A DNA stretch of 64,000 nucleotides from assembly GCF_964355755.1 (NCBI RefSeq), contig NC_092674.1, forward strand, positions 10,602,001-10,666,000, written 5' to 3'. The first letter of the stretch is position 1; each line of letters begins with the position of its first letter. The translations under genes were made by a program, and so were the position numbers. Of this stretch, positions 45,212 through 58,600 are shown one piece after another. The notes under the pieces are model-generated. The model had not been told where the DNA came from and did no database searches. It saw only the letters and a program-made list of their open reading frames with translations. The stretch is from Antedon mediterranea (lineage: Eukaryota; Animalia; Echinodermata).

Positions 45212-48200
45212 GAATGAAAAGTTGAAGGAAGGAGAAAAAGAAGAATGCATGGAGGGGACAACGCGGATAAAGAATACAGGAGAGACAATCTTGGAGGTGC
45301 TCTGATGACCAAAGCAATCTAACAACAGGACACTAAGCTCACTTTGCCAAGATAGGAGGAAACCGTCCTTTGATCTTATAATATCTGGCTGCGACAGCCT
45401 ACCAATGTACATATTCTCTGCGTCGTGTGGTGTCTGTTAAGGGGCGGGGCATGGAACTGATCATGTCGCAGCCACAGATAGACCCTTTGATCTCCAGAGT
45501 TCAGCATCCTGTTGTTGAATTGCTTTGATCCGACTAGACTAGAATTACATTTATTTCAATATGAATGTTATTCTTGTATTCACTGATTAATGCCTTTAGA
45601 CTGAGTAGTCTTCTGACTGAGTAGTCTTCTGACTGCTTCGTCTTTGCTGCTTTGGTATGAGGTTTAGGATGAGATCTAGGCCTAACATAAATGTAATGAA
45701 CAGAAATCCACACAAACACAAATACGTTCATTTGTTTTTATTAAAATACCTCAAATATGTACACATGAACAAGAGGATCGTACACTATTTAATACTACAA
45801 TAATCTTATACAAAACATCTCACAAAAAAGTTATTCTCGTAAAAGCAGGTAAAACAGACTGAGAATTGGTTACAATTCCATCTGTTTTTTTCATGAAAAC
45901 AGCCTTGATGAAACAATTCTCGTGCATTCACCTTGTTTCGGCCAATGCTAACCACATTTGATGCAAAAAAAAAAATTGTATAGCTACAATATATAAAAAT
46001 AAATTGATTAACAGCAAGTTAGGGAGGGGTGTAGCTTGATATCTTTGATTCTCTTTTACAGCTTTTGCTCCTGAGTAAAGTTATAATATTTCCAGACATG
46101 TTTTCTTCTAGACTCCTATTAGATAAAAATAAATAAACAAACGAATTTGTTCCCAGTTTAACAAAAACATAATTTAAAATTGAGGCTCTACAGAATATAC
46201 TGAGATTTCATTCAATTTAAACTTTTTAACAATTTGTGTTAAATTTCAAAATAGGAGTTTTTTGGCAAAAACACCTCAATAAAAAAATTATAAATTCACA
46301 GTTACAGGGTATCATCTTTTGTTGCAAATACATTTAACCACCAAAACGATGTTTTCAACCATAAAATATTAGAGTTATTCTGATGTTATTCACTACTCTG
46401 TATTACAGAATGCATATAAAACTGGGCAAATTATAAATACAGTACTGGCTACTCCTTGAAATAAAACTATACCACCATGAATCTGAGTTTTAATTGTAAT
46501 ACCTCCAGTACTAACGAATGTAAAAGAAGTAAACACATTTAATACACCACTAAAAATAGTACTGTTACCATACTTGTAAAAATGCCATGTGTTGCTACCA
46601 TCGCTTTCAATTTATGGATTCAGAAAATTAAATTAAATTCATGTGAACTGCCAGGAGAGGAGATGGGTGCAATTTTAAGGGTACTAACATACTTAGTGAC
46701 CGTCACGCATAGGAACTCTTTAAACCACACAATTCACGGTAGAATAACCACAGTATTTTTGCCAAAATATTCCAATTTCTATCCTAATCAGCAGAAAGTT
46801 TATGTTTTATAATTTCCTTTAAAATTAAAGTGATTACATTCTAGGATTAAATTCAACCACTTGGCCTAAAAAGATGACCCTTTTTGAAACTTCAATCCTG
46901 ACTACACGGTGAAAGTGTTAACAAAACAGTTTTTTGGACTAATCTGTTTTCTTATAATATATGAAATAATGTTGACTTTCTCAATATAAAATCACTACTT
47001 GCCCCATGCCTGAACTGTTCAAAATACTAGATTTCTCCAAGTCAAACACAGTCATTGGACCACAAATTTAATTTATTCTAATTAATAATTAGTTAATGTT
47101 AGTTTATTAATAACTCTAAAATTGTGTTTATCATTACAATTTAAATATTAATTACCTAATATTGCAGCTTGAGTATTAAATTTTCTTTTAAATTTTAAAG
47201 AGTAGAAAAATCCTAAATTTATAGAGAATTGAAAGTTATATTTATGAGTTTAGATAAATATAAAAAAACCAAAAAAAAACCAAGATATCCTAAAACAAAC
47301 AAATAAACAAACAAAACCATTAAAATTTTTATATTACAAATGGTAACTCTTGTTTTACAGATATTAATTTTCATTAATAAAATTTAAGTCATTATTTATT
47401 TATTGTGGTGTATAATAAAAATTTAAGTAGTAGTATGTATGTGTAATTATGTAATTCGGATTCATTTAAAATAATTTATTGAAATTTGGAAAGAGAAAAA
47501 AAAATTGAATGTTATGTCTCTAAACACCTCTTATATTTATGTAACCTAATTTCATCTTATTGTAAGGATATGCAATTCATATATTTTTATAACTTCCTAT
47601 AACATGACAATTTTGAAATTAAATTGCAATATTAGACAGACACCAGGAAAAGAAATATGAAATTAACAATCTCTACCACCGGTATTGTGCAACAATATGT
47701 CTTTGTTCCAAGAAAATACAACCTGTTACTATCATTTATTACCTAATAAGGAGAAGTTGTTAGGCTAAACTCCATTGCTTATCGTAAAAACACAAGTTGA
47801 CAGAATTTAGAAATTTGTTGATAATTAAGGGGGGATGATTCTACTACAGTTTGGAAAGTTTGTAAAATAATTGAACGATTAGAGTAAATGCAGTAGATAA
47901 ATGTTTACATTTTCCCTATACTGTACTAGTTTTAAATCTGTTAACATCTAAGTCAAATAATTATGGCATGTTCCGTTAATATAATGTATGGTCAATGAAG
48001 CATGAAAGTGACACAGCATAAAAGTCACCTGATATATTTCAAATTTGCTATTAATGGTTTTAAATTATGTTTTAAATTATGTTTGTTCAATTTAAAACCT
48101 GTTGAACACTGCTAGCATCTATTCACTTGATATATTTTCTCCCAATGGTTTTAGTATGTACAATGTAGCATTATCCATTGAAACAGCATGCTCAATAAAG

Positions 48201-48444
48201 CATAAAAGTGTGGCACAGAAACAGAATTTTGAGGTTAAATTAATTGGAGGTATTGGCAACATTTGTGGTTATAGCAACATATTCAGTGGTTATTGGTAAC
48301 TTTGCAACAAAACATGATAATCTACTCTTAGCAACAAAAAGTTTCAACATTCATTAACATTTTTCCAAATTATTTGTTTAAAATTTTGATATTACTCAAG
48401 GTGACATTACAGTGTAAAAATAGAACTAAAGTATACATTCAGAC

Positions 48445-48632
48445 TTTGATATAAATGTTGATATCAACTTTAACATACATATTGATACCAAAATTAATAA
48501 CAATATTGATGAAAATGTTGATATCAATGTTGTTATCAATATTTGTTATAAATGATATCAATATTTTTTATAAATGTTAACAATGTTGTTATCAATGTTG
48601 ATATCAATGTTAATATCAACTTTGATACCAAA
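48445..48632. repeat. Degenerate 12-bp repeat (AATGTTGATATC)
   Basis: Repeated TTGATATCAA / TTGTTATCAA units. Confidence 0.7.
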
Positions 48633-51344
48633 ATAAAGGTTACTGAATTTTAGCACTGATTCTGATTGTGAGACATACAAAAAATAATACATATTGCATT
48701 GTTATATATTAAAGTACATTAAAATACATTAAAGTACATTAAAATATATTAAAAGCACATTAGAGCTAGACTCAGCATCCAACACAAACCAAGTACTGGA
48801 AAAAATGGAAACTATCGTTGAGGATAAGAACATATATACACTCACATAACCACTCCCAAATATTTAATCCCCTGATAACCACTCCCTAACAAATAACTCC
48901 ATCAGCCAAAGACACACGTTACCTCAGTCGCTCATATATGAACACATAACTGTCATTGTCAAATATTATCACAACACAATCCATACAAACACTTTCCTTT
49001 CGTTCATACAAAATTGGGGATGATGTTGGCAAATTTCATGTGGTAACAAAAAACAGCTGTTTGCAAAAAGTGCAAAATAAAATTTAAACAATTTTTTTTG
49101 TAATTTGGAAGTGTTTATGGAAAATAAAATCCTAAAGTATTTCTCATTCCTCATTTCGTTATCTAATTGCACACATTGACCTATCACTGAAACATTTGAC
49201 TTGCATCACACACTATCTAACATTCTAACATTTTCAACCCGTAGCTTTTGATTCTATAACACTGCATCAATGAACCATTGCTCACATTCAGCTTCACTTT
49301 CACCACCAGCGCACCATCACACTAACTTGAATACCTCCCAAACGTTAGGTTTTGCATGGATGCTAAATCTTGGTCTAAAGTGTACATGCAGGCGTGGCTG
49401 TATAATACAAACTTGTCTGTATGATGCAGGCCTGGCTGTAGAATTGGCGCAAGACTAAATCTGACTTGAAAACAACAATTTGCGATGCCTGAAGTGTGAT
49501 AAATTTGTATGCAGGTTATATATTGCACAACAAAAAAATATATATATGTACAACACGTTCTAAAGCTTGCGTAAAAGTAGGCAAGATTGAAATTCATATA
49601 AGAACATATGCAATATTTGGATTCAGCCACAGTGAAGCACCCCTGTATATTTTGAGAAAAAAAATGTTGAATGGTTGCATTGGTAATTACCAGAACACAA
49701 ATGCTTCTACCTATCTACAGCTCCAAGTAAGAAAGATGAGATTCCCAGTAATAGTTGCTTAGTAACCGACAACATTTGGTAACATCAAAGGCACAACTGT
49801 TTTTATGGAAGAATTTGAGATGATTTAGGAGTAAACCATAGAGAAACCATTTTGTATAAAACGCTATTTTTTTCTTAATACTGAAATCAGAGAGTAGTAA
49901 GCTGTTTAAAAGATACTGTACAAATTAAAGCTGCTATATAATATTAATTGACTCTAAAAGCCAATTTTGGGGTTTAAATTAAGTGGTTTCACTGGAAATT
50001 CACATTAAGCAGTCTTTAAACATAATATGGTTGCCTCATACATATAATGAAACAACTGCTGGTAAGCAGAGGCTATCAACTTAATTACTGGTTGACGGAG
50101 GCTAACAAGGAATTGCAGGCAATTAAATGTTTGGTTAACAGAGGCTATAAAACACAGTTGATGATGCCATAGGCTTTGCATCAAAACCGACTGATATATT
50201 TTTTTTTAAGATACAGTTCATCGAATTTGTTTTATTTTTCTGTTAATTCATGCACTCTTAAAACTCATAACTCTTTGGTCCATTGATGCTGTTTTTTTTG
50301 TACAAATGTATAGTTCCTCTGCTCTCAAAGTAACTTATATATACACATGTAATCAAATTTAATCCTGGCCTAAAAAAACACCAAGAATTATTAATAACAA
50401 TAAGCTTCATATATCAATCTGTATATGCGCTACTATTACTTGTTGCCAGGAAGTCATCCGACTTCTGTCCCAATTACAGAACAATAGATAGGGTAACGTG
50501 AGTACAGTATTGCAAAAGTGAATAGTGCAATTAAGTAATAGTTAGACATTCTTCCCACACATGATCATACATTAAATTTTACAATCTATCAACAACAAAA
50601 AAAAAAAAAGAGAAAAAAGTTTATAATTTGGCAGTAAATATCAAACTAAAGCAGATGTGATTTGTTAGGGTAAGGGAATGTATAAAAGTACTGACCCTGT
50701 AGTTGAATGTTTGTGTAGACCATTTTTTAAAATCAAGCATGTTAATGGAAGTTGGTTAACCCCTATTCTTTATAGTGGACACCCCTATGCAGGGTTTACC
50801 CTATAAGATTAGGCTGTTGGGTCTCGAACGTGTCCCCTAAATAGGGGTTCAGTTCTCATGTAACATTTTTAAAAATGCATTAATTTTTATCAGTGCATTA
50901 AAAGATTTGTATATTATTAAACGATTTGTATATTATTAAACGCAAGGAGTTGTTGTTGGAATTTGATTAAAATTAATGAATAAATTAACATATTTTTGTG
51001 CAATTAATTGGACCAAATCAATTTTAGGATATAAAATCTTAAAATTAATAAATAATAATAGAGTTGATGTCGTCAAATATCTAAAATATTCAATTTTGTA
51101 GGATTTTCCAAAAATATTTTAAATAAATCTACTAAAATAGGTACTAACTTCAGATACTGAGAGAGTGTTTGAAACAGAATTGGATGCCAAATGAGTCATT
51201 GATATGTCTAATATTACAGAGTTGCATTTGATGAGGTAGGAAGAGTCTTGTACAACAAGCATGTCCCGACTACCAGTGTTTTAACAGCGCTATCTGATGA
51301 CTGAATACTCAAGTTGCTGCTCTTATAAACATCAAAGATGTTAT

Positions 51345-52190
51345 ATTGTTTTAGAAACACAACCATGTCTATGTAAGGCCTCACTGATTTCCCAAATATG
51401 AAACATAGGGCGTTCTGAGATGCTATCCTTTGTTTTCTGCTATGATAAAGACACCAATATTGTTCTAGCAACACAACCATGTCTATGCAAGGCCTCACTG
51501 ATTCCCAAATATGAAACATAGGGTGTTCTGAGATGTTATCCTCCTTTGTTTTCTGCTATGATAAAGACACCAATATTGTTCTGACAAAACAACCATGTCT
51601 AGTGCATAAGGACAGTTCTGAGATGTTATCCTCCTTTGTGTTCTGCTACAGTAAGAAACCAATTGTTCTAGCAACACAACCTGGTGTATGTAATGCCTCA
51701 CTGATTTCCCAATATGAAACATAGGGTGTTCTGAGATGTTATCCTCCCTTGTTCTGCTACAGTAAGAAACCAATTGTTCTAGAAACACAACCTGGTGTAT
51801 GTAATGCCTCACTGATTCCCCAAAATGAAACATAGGGTGTTCCAAGATGTTATCCTCCCTTGTTCTGCTACAGTAAGAAACCAATTGTTCTAGAAACACA
51901 ACCTGGTGTATGTAATGCCTCACTGATTCCCCAATTTGAGACATAGGGTGTTCTGAGATGTTATCCTCCTTTGTTCTGCTACAGTAAGAAACCAATTGTT
52001 CTAGCAACACAACCTGGTGTATTTAATGCCTCACTGATTTCCCAAAATGAAACATAGGGTGTTCCAAGATGTTATCCTTTGTGTTCTGCTACAGTAAGAA
52101 ATCAATTGTTCTAGCAACACAACCTGGTGTATTTAATGATTCCTGATTCCTCAATATGAAACATAGGGTGTTCTGAGTTGATATCCATCC
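51345..52190. repeat. ~111-bp tandem repeat, 7-8 copies, two subtypes
   Basis: CAATTGTTCT recurs at 51660, 51771, 51882, 51993 and 52103. Shared core CTCACTGATT.CC.AA.ATGAAACATAGGGTGTTC. Confidence 0.92.
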
Positions 52191-52699
52191 TGTTGTGGCT
52201 ACACAAGGTGTCCCGATAAAACACTCGGATGATCCAAAATTGAAAAAAAAAATGATGTCTACTGACGACCGCAAATCTCTGCCATCAAGAAACCTAGTCT
52301 GTGATGATGTAAATTGTTTTCTGATAAAAAAGTGTCCTAATATAACATCCAAGGAGTCCAAAAAAACCAGTATTGATGTCTAATGGGATGTTGTGATACT
52401 CCTGGTGTTGTGGTATGAAGCCGATAAAAAATGTAAAATTACCAACACATGTACCTGCAAGAGCACTTAACATTTGGCATAAATAATTGGTGCCTTTACC
52501 AAAAACACCATACCACATGGTCAATAAATTACTTGCTTAAATCCAGGTGTTGGATAAATACCTCATGGAAAAAAAAAATATATAAGACCGCAAGACACTG
52601 GCATCCAAAAGCGGCACTTTATGTGAAAGTTTGGCAATAGCCACTTGATTACCTTATATAGTACTAAACGCAATGGAAGAATCTCTTCATTTTTTTATA

Positions 52700-55600
52700 C
52701 TAAACATCTGGTATTTGGGCAGAAGCTCGACTTGCGTGCAAGACTTCTTCAAAAGTGTTCTCAAAACAGTGTTTCAAATCTTTGTAAGAGACAACCAGTA
52801 CGTTCTGCTCATCGCGAGCCATCAGGCACACCTTTTCTGGAACACCAGCATCGAGCTGTAGTAGAAGAAATAATGATTACAAAAAAGTAGTAATATTTAG
52901 TGATATAGGGAGGCAAAGAGTATTACTTGTATAGGCTGCCTTCTCTCATAGTTTTATATCCGAATATCAGGCTGTGTTTCTGCAGCAATAATAATAATAT
53001 TATGGGTTTTTTAACCAATCAAATAATTAATAATTATCATGATTGACATGATCAGACATTACGGAACAACCAAGAGCCCAATCACAACGCAATGATATGT
53101 CCTTCCGGTCAAAGGTTAAAAATTATTAAATGAGATCTACAGGCAGTTTATTGGTTATCATTTAATTTTTATCAGTTACTTATCTGTTACTTTATGGCTG
53201 GGGAAACACGGCCATATGTTCATTTAAAAATGTTGAATGCTTCAATTTCTATGTTTTATTTATTTGTTTATTTTTCCTCTTTTAATTGTAAGAATTATTA
53301 TCAAAAAACATATTTACCGTGCTGACAGCCTAACCATCAAATATTGTATATTAACAGTGCCGATGAAATGGCAATATAAAAATGAAATCTTGGAAAAGGT
53401 TCTCTCTCTCTCTTGCTTAGTTTTTAAAAATGTCTAATAATAAAATTTACCTTATTTAAACACTGCACAATATGAGCCATGTCTATCCACGGTGCGCCTG
53501 TCTCATTAACTTGGTGAAAAAGGTAATCACGGAACAGCTTTAACAAGTAACGATCTCCAGTTTCTGACCATGAAGGATCACCATTAAACCTTAGAAAAAA
53601 AAGTTAAAAAACCATTTGGAGGCTATTTTTTACTAGTACACAGACATTGCTGTAGTGAGGTATAATTAGCAAACCAAACCCCTGTGGGGACTGTGGGTAT
53701 TGCCCTACTTACTCTGGTCTCTCATTGATAACACCAAGTTTTGTGATCAGTCGAAATAATCGGCCATTTTGAACTTCTTTAGCAAGTTCTTCCTCAACGG
53801 AATCCGACCTCATATAAGCTGCATCGAGCTGCGTGTAGAAACGTGCCCCAATCATCGGCATAATGTCGTTAATGCTTTTCGGCCTACCTTGCGGCGTTAA
53901 CAGGTAACTTAAAAAAATGAAAGGTCATAATTACAATATTTTTTTCATATTGAATTAAAAAAAAAAAATAGAAAAATAATTAGTATTTTTAAAGTGTAGT
54001 AAATTGTAACAAATGAGATTCCTTTGGATGAAAATGCAATAATATTTTTTTTTTATTCTTTTTGTAAAATCTGTTTCTGAGTAGTCTTTTACCTAATAGC
54101 ATTATTACAACAGCCCAGTGTGATTGAAGCTTTTAAAATCTAAACGAAAACAAGACAAGCTGGTATTTAAGTGGGGTATAAATTATTTACTTACAGAATA
54201 AGATTTTTGAGATCACTTGAGTAATTAATAGTGACAAGTTCTAACGATGAATGCATTTGGTCACGATGAAGTCCATCCAGGGAGTTGCAGGCTAGAGCTA
54301 AAACCATTCTTCCAAATGCCATTAAGTCCTCTTGCTGCATGAATTAATAAATAATAAAGTTACGAATAAAAAGAAATACTGTAAATTACAAAATTTGTTG
54401 TTAAACAAAGTGTTATGTGCCCAAATATGGTAGTGATATTCCCAAATATGGTAGTGATATGATATCATCATGTTCATATATGGACACATTACATTTTTTG
54501 TCACATAAAATTTGATAGTGTAGTAAGAGCTTAAGAGAGGTTATATTGATGTTAACAGATTCTTTTTTTGGGACTCTAACAGGATTTGAACCCAGGACCT
54601 TGGGATTGGTATGCATCCATGTCAACCACCAATCCACAGTGACACTTACTTTGAGGCAAAATAGGATTTAAAGCAAGACTCAACCCCTCAAAACCCCAGC
54701 ACCTTGTCTATAGGCTTGAATGGTATACAGCAAAGCATTACACAATAAATACTATTATAATTATACTGTAACACCTTTATAAATTCCTGTTATTTGATTG
54801 GATGATTGTGGGTCACATGATGTGCAATAGTACGTACTATTGAACAACCATGTAATAGCACTAATATTGTAAATTTTGTTGTGTATGGAAAAGAAATCTA
54901 CGTAAAATCCAATAGCAGCATTGTCTGTTTGTGCAATGGTAAAAATAATTTAATTCTGTGAAATATGAACTCAGGCTTCATGGAAATAGAATATCATCTT
55001 TAACCTCATTACATTATTTGTACCATTGCACTCATAAACATTCATTATTTTTATATTATTAAATATAATATCTTACCACCAAACATTTGGCAATCATTAC
55101 TTACCTGATAATGGGGTATTACTGTAATAGGATTACCCTGATTTGAGTTGTACGTTAAAACATCAAATATGCCAACACAATTTAATCTTAAACGATTACG
55201 TGCCGTGATGAGCACTTTCCTCGGATCAATAACACGACACGCTAATCCTGCCGCGTGTATTGAACGAATCGTTGAGCTGATTTGCACAATGTACGTCCAC
55301 AAAAGGTTCTCAGGAAGAATACCATGTGGTACGCGCGGGCCATTTCGATCTAGTTGAATAATTATAGAAAGGTTTAAGTTATCATTAAACTATAAGTAGT
55401 TCTGGTCTACAACAGGTGGGCAATAGACCTGTCAATGATGCATTCAGCTCTGTTATTACATAGTTAAAATCTAATATATATTATTCCTATAACTTTAAAC
55501 AGATGATTGGTAAAAAGAAAATGGCTGAAGAACTACTTTCTCTTTTCACTTCTTTATTAATAGTATTATTATTGTTTCTTTACTGCCCAACTATTGTTAC

Positions 55601-58600
55601 TTTGATTATTTCTGGGAGCCTAGGCGTATTATTTTCTGGCAACTTATTTTACAACTTTTTTATGTCATTATATATTGTTTTTATGTCTGTTGAATAACAG
55701 GAGCACTTTAGGGTAGATGCTGTATTAGATAAATAAGGCATTATGGGCAGGCTTAAAATGAGTTTGAGGCTATGTGGAAGACTTGGAAGATGGGTCTTCC
55801 CTTCCCCATGTACTGAATGACATCCTTTATATACGCTCTTCCTGTATGCAAAAGGTCACAGGTTCGAATTCTATCAGATGTACTTACTTTTCATAAAAGA
55901 GTTGCGACCTTTATGATGAAAATGTCTTTGCATTAAAGTCATGGCCCCAGGATGATAATCGTGAACAAAAACCATGGCTGTAAAACAAAACAATAGCACA
56001 GAATAATGATATTGAATAAGACAACTAAAATAATAAATAATTTATTTTCATACAATATAGGGTTTTAAAATATTTTAAATGTAAATATTTTGTGTGCAAA
56101 GGAATTTTAATTTTACTTTTTCCCCCGCAATTGACTTAAAAATGTATTCTCGTCTTTTCCTTTACTATTATTATGTAATGTAATCATGTACAGTAGAACC
56201 TGTATTTTACGTACCCTGATTTTACGTTCCCTTGATTTTACGTACGCTTAAAATAACCGATGACGTCATCATTTTCTTACATTGAGGGCGCAATTTAACA
56301 ACAACAAACAAAGCCATGGCTGTGTGAGGAATTCTGCTGTGTGAGACAAGCTACACACGTGCATTCCCCCTACAGCAGCGACTGTTTTTATTGATAGAAA
56401 GTACAAGAACATTGATATTTTATTTATAACACTTTATTTAAACGCACAGGCTGTATATACTGTACTTTTCTAGTTAGGCCTCACATCTTGCTAGGCCTGA
56501 ATAGTCTAGTAGGCAAGGCCTAGCTAGTGACCACCTGCAAGCTGTACAGTAAAGCAGGCAAACACGGTAGCCTTTATAGCTACGATCTCTACGTATTTGG
56601 GGTCAATTTAAGGTTAACCTCGATTTTACGAATCCCTTGTTTTACGTACGCCTTCCGGTCTTGTACCGTACGTAAAATGAAGGTTCTACTGTATCCTATT
56701 TGAACTTTAAAAATATGTAACATAGCTGATTACATTTTTATTATGAATGACATTGACAAAAAGTTGCGGTACTTTATATGGGCAAACTTGTCCTCAAATA
56801 ATTATGCCATGGTCGAGCCAAACTGCAAATATTTATTATGTAGGCGGGTTATGCTCATATCCTAATCTATGCGTACATTAAAGTACAACAATTATTTAAA
56901 GTTCTATTATGTTTGTATTTAGTCTACTCACACTTGTTAGTTTTAAATATCAGACCTTAATTTAAAAGTGTACAAAAAAAGTGAAAAACATTATCGCATT
57001 GTAAAATTCAAGAATTATCAGTGCATACGGTAATGTATTTTGTTCACAACTACGACGACGTAATTTGTAAACCATTTGATTGGTCAGTTTTAACAATCGT
57101 ATCTTTGAAGTTAAAGTTGAACTTGGTTTAACTTCAACAATTCATTTCAACGTTCATTTTTACCCCCTTTTCTTGTAAAATCATTGACTCATTGTTAATT
57201 CAACGCAATTCGCCGTAATTCAACTTCGACTGGAAAACAGGGTTAAAGATAGTTTTAGTACGCTGTGTTTGGTGTGTGTTTGTTTGTTTGTTCTATTTTT
57301 TGCTCATATAAATATAAAAAATAAAAAAGAACATCAAAAAGTCACAAACTTAAATATTACAAAATCAAACCAATATAAAAATACAAGCTAAGACAGTCCG
57401 GCAACAACTAAAAAAAAGACGAAACACTTTAAGAATCAAGAAAATAAGAAAAAAAAGCAGGACAAAAACAAGAGAAAACCGACAGCAAAAGGGACGCAAT
57501 ACCCAAGGCGAATAAAGACAAAGGACAGGGAACACAGAAAGAAGACAAAAAACGAGTAGGAGCAATGGATAACCCTCTAAAGGTTTGTATTCTGAGGGGT
57601 CCAGAAAGAAAAATGTGAATAAAGAGAAATAATAGTACATTGACAAGACTATGTTCAAAGGTTAGAGAAGGAAGTGGTCAAGATATTTAACCTAGAAAAT
57701 GTATGTAACAAACATGTGATGTCATAATAAGATATGTAAATGATATCACTTTCCGAGAAAATCCCATTAGAATAGTAACATTAAGGCAACGTGAAGGAAA
57801 TCCTGATATACAACAATTCTGACGATAACAATATTTTGAAATACTTCTAAATCACATTTAGGTAGATGAAAAATATTGATATTTAATAAAAACATTCAAA
57901 ATTAAATATTTCATTGTCATCAAATACAGTGGTTTACAATATTTTTTTAATCAAATTATAACATTTTAAGGGAATATCTGATTTTGATTGTAACAGGAAG
58001 GCAACATGAAGGAAATCCTGGTATTACAATTTGGACGATCACAATATTTTTAAATACTCCTAATCAAATTTAGGTAGGAAAAATATTGATATTGAATAAA
58101 AACATCTGAAATTAAATATTTCATTTTCATTTAATAGGATGTCTTACAATATTTTATTACTAAATTATAACAGTTTCAGGGAATAGAATTGTAACAGGAA
58201 GGTAATGCGAAGGAAATCCTGGTACAGTATAACAATTCTGACGATAACAATATTTTGATATACTTCTGAACATTGATAACTTGTGATTTTAAAATAAGAG
58301 GTAAAGGCTATGACACACTAAGACGATAATTGATAAATGGATAAAAATACATTTTTCTTACATAAAACAAAATAAATTCAAAAAGTTTAATTCTAGAAAT
58401 ATAAGATAACCCTTTATACGGTCTGTGATAAAATAATATTTTTTTAAATACAATCATATGATGTCATGATTAATAAAAACAATAAAATCGTATCATCACG
58501 ATATTATTGCTCTTACTAATCATGACGTCATTTGATTGGATATGTTATTTTACGAATAAACGTTTAGGAACCCTTTTGGGTAAATGCTATGTTGGATAAA

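Noticed and set aside
38105-45515. Inverted ~100-bp repeats (38105-38205 and 45415-45515) as the ends of an element carrying FGF exons 2-3
   Set aside because: The copies are diverged and have no TSD, and FGF exon 1 splices normally across the left copy. More simply, two copies of a dispersed repeat.
51495-52010. 171-aa His/Cys-containing repeat ORF as a zinc-finger protein
   Set aside because: No C2H2/CCHC spacing. Neighbouring units break the frame (a 110-bp unit and a truncated unit), and no splice link to PAN3 is needed.
54572-54640. tRNA gene on the minus strand (similar piece at 61195-61260)
   Set aside because: Degenerate A/B boxes without a closable cloverleaf; these are SINE-head fragments.
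57365-57720. 97-aa hydrophobic ORF or LINE 3' end
   Set aside because: The ORF reflects T-rich low complexity on the minus strand. A LINE tail is possible, but no RT motif could be read.
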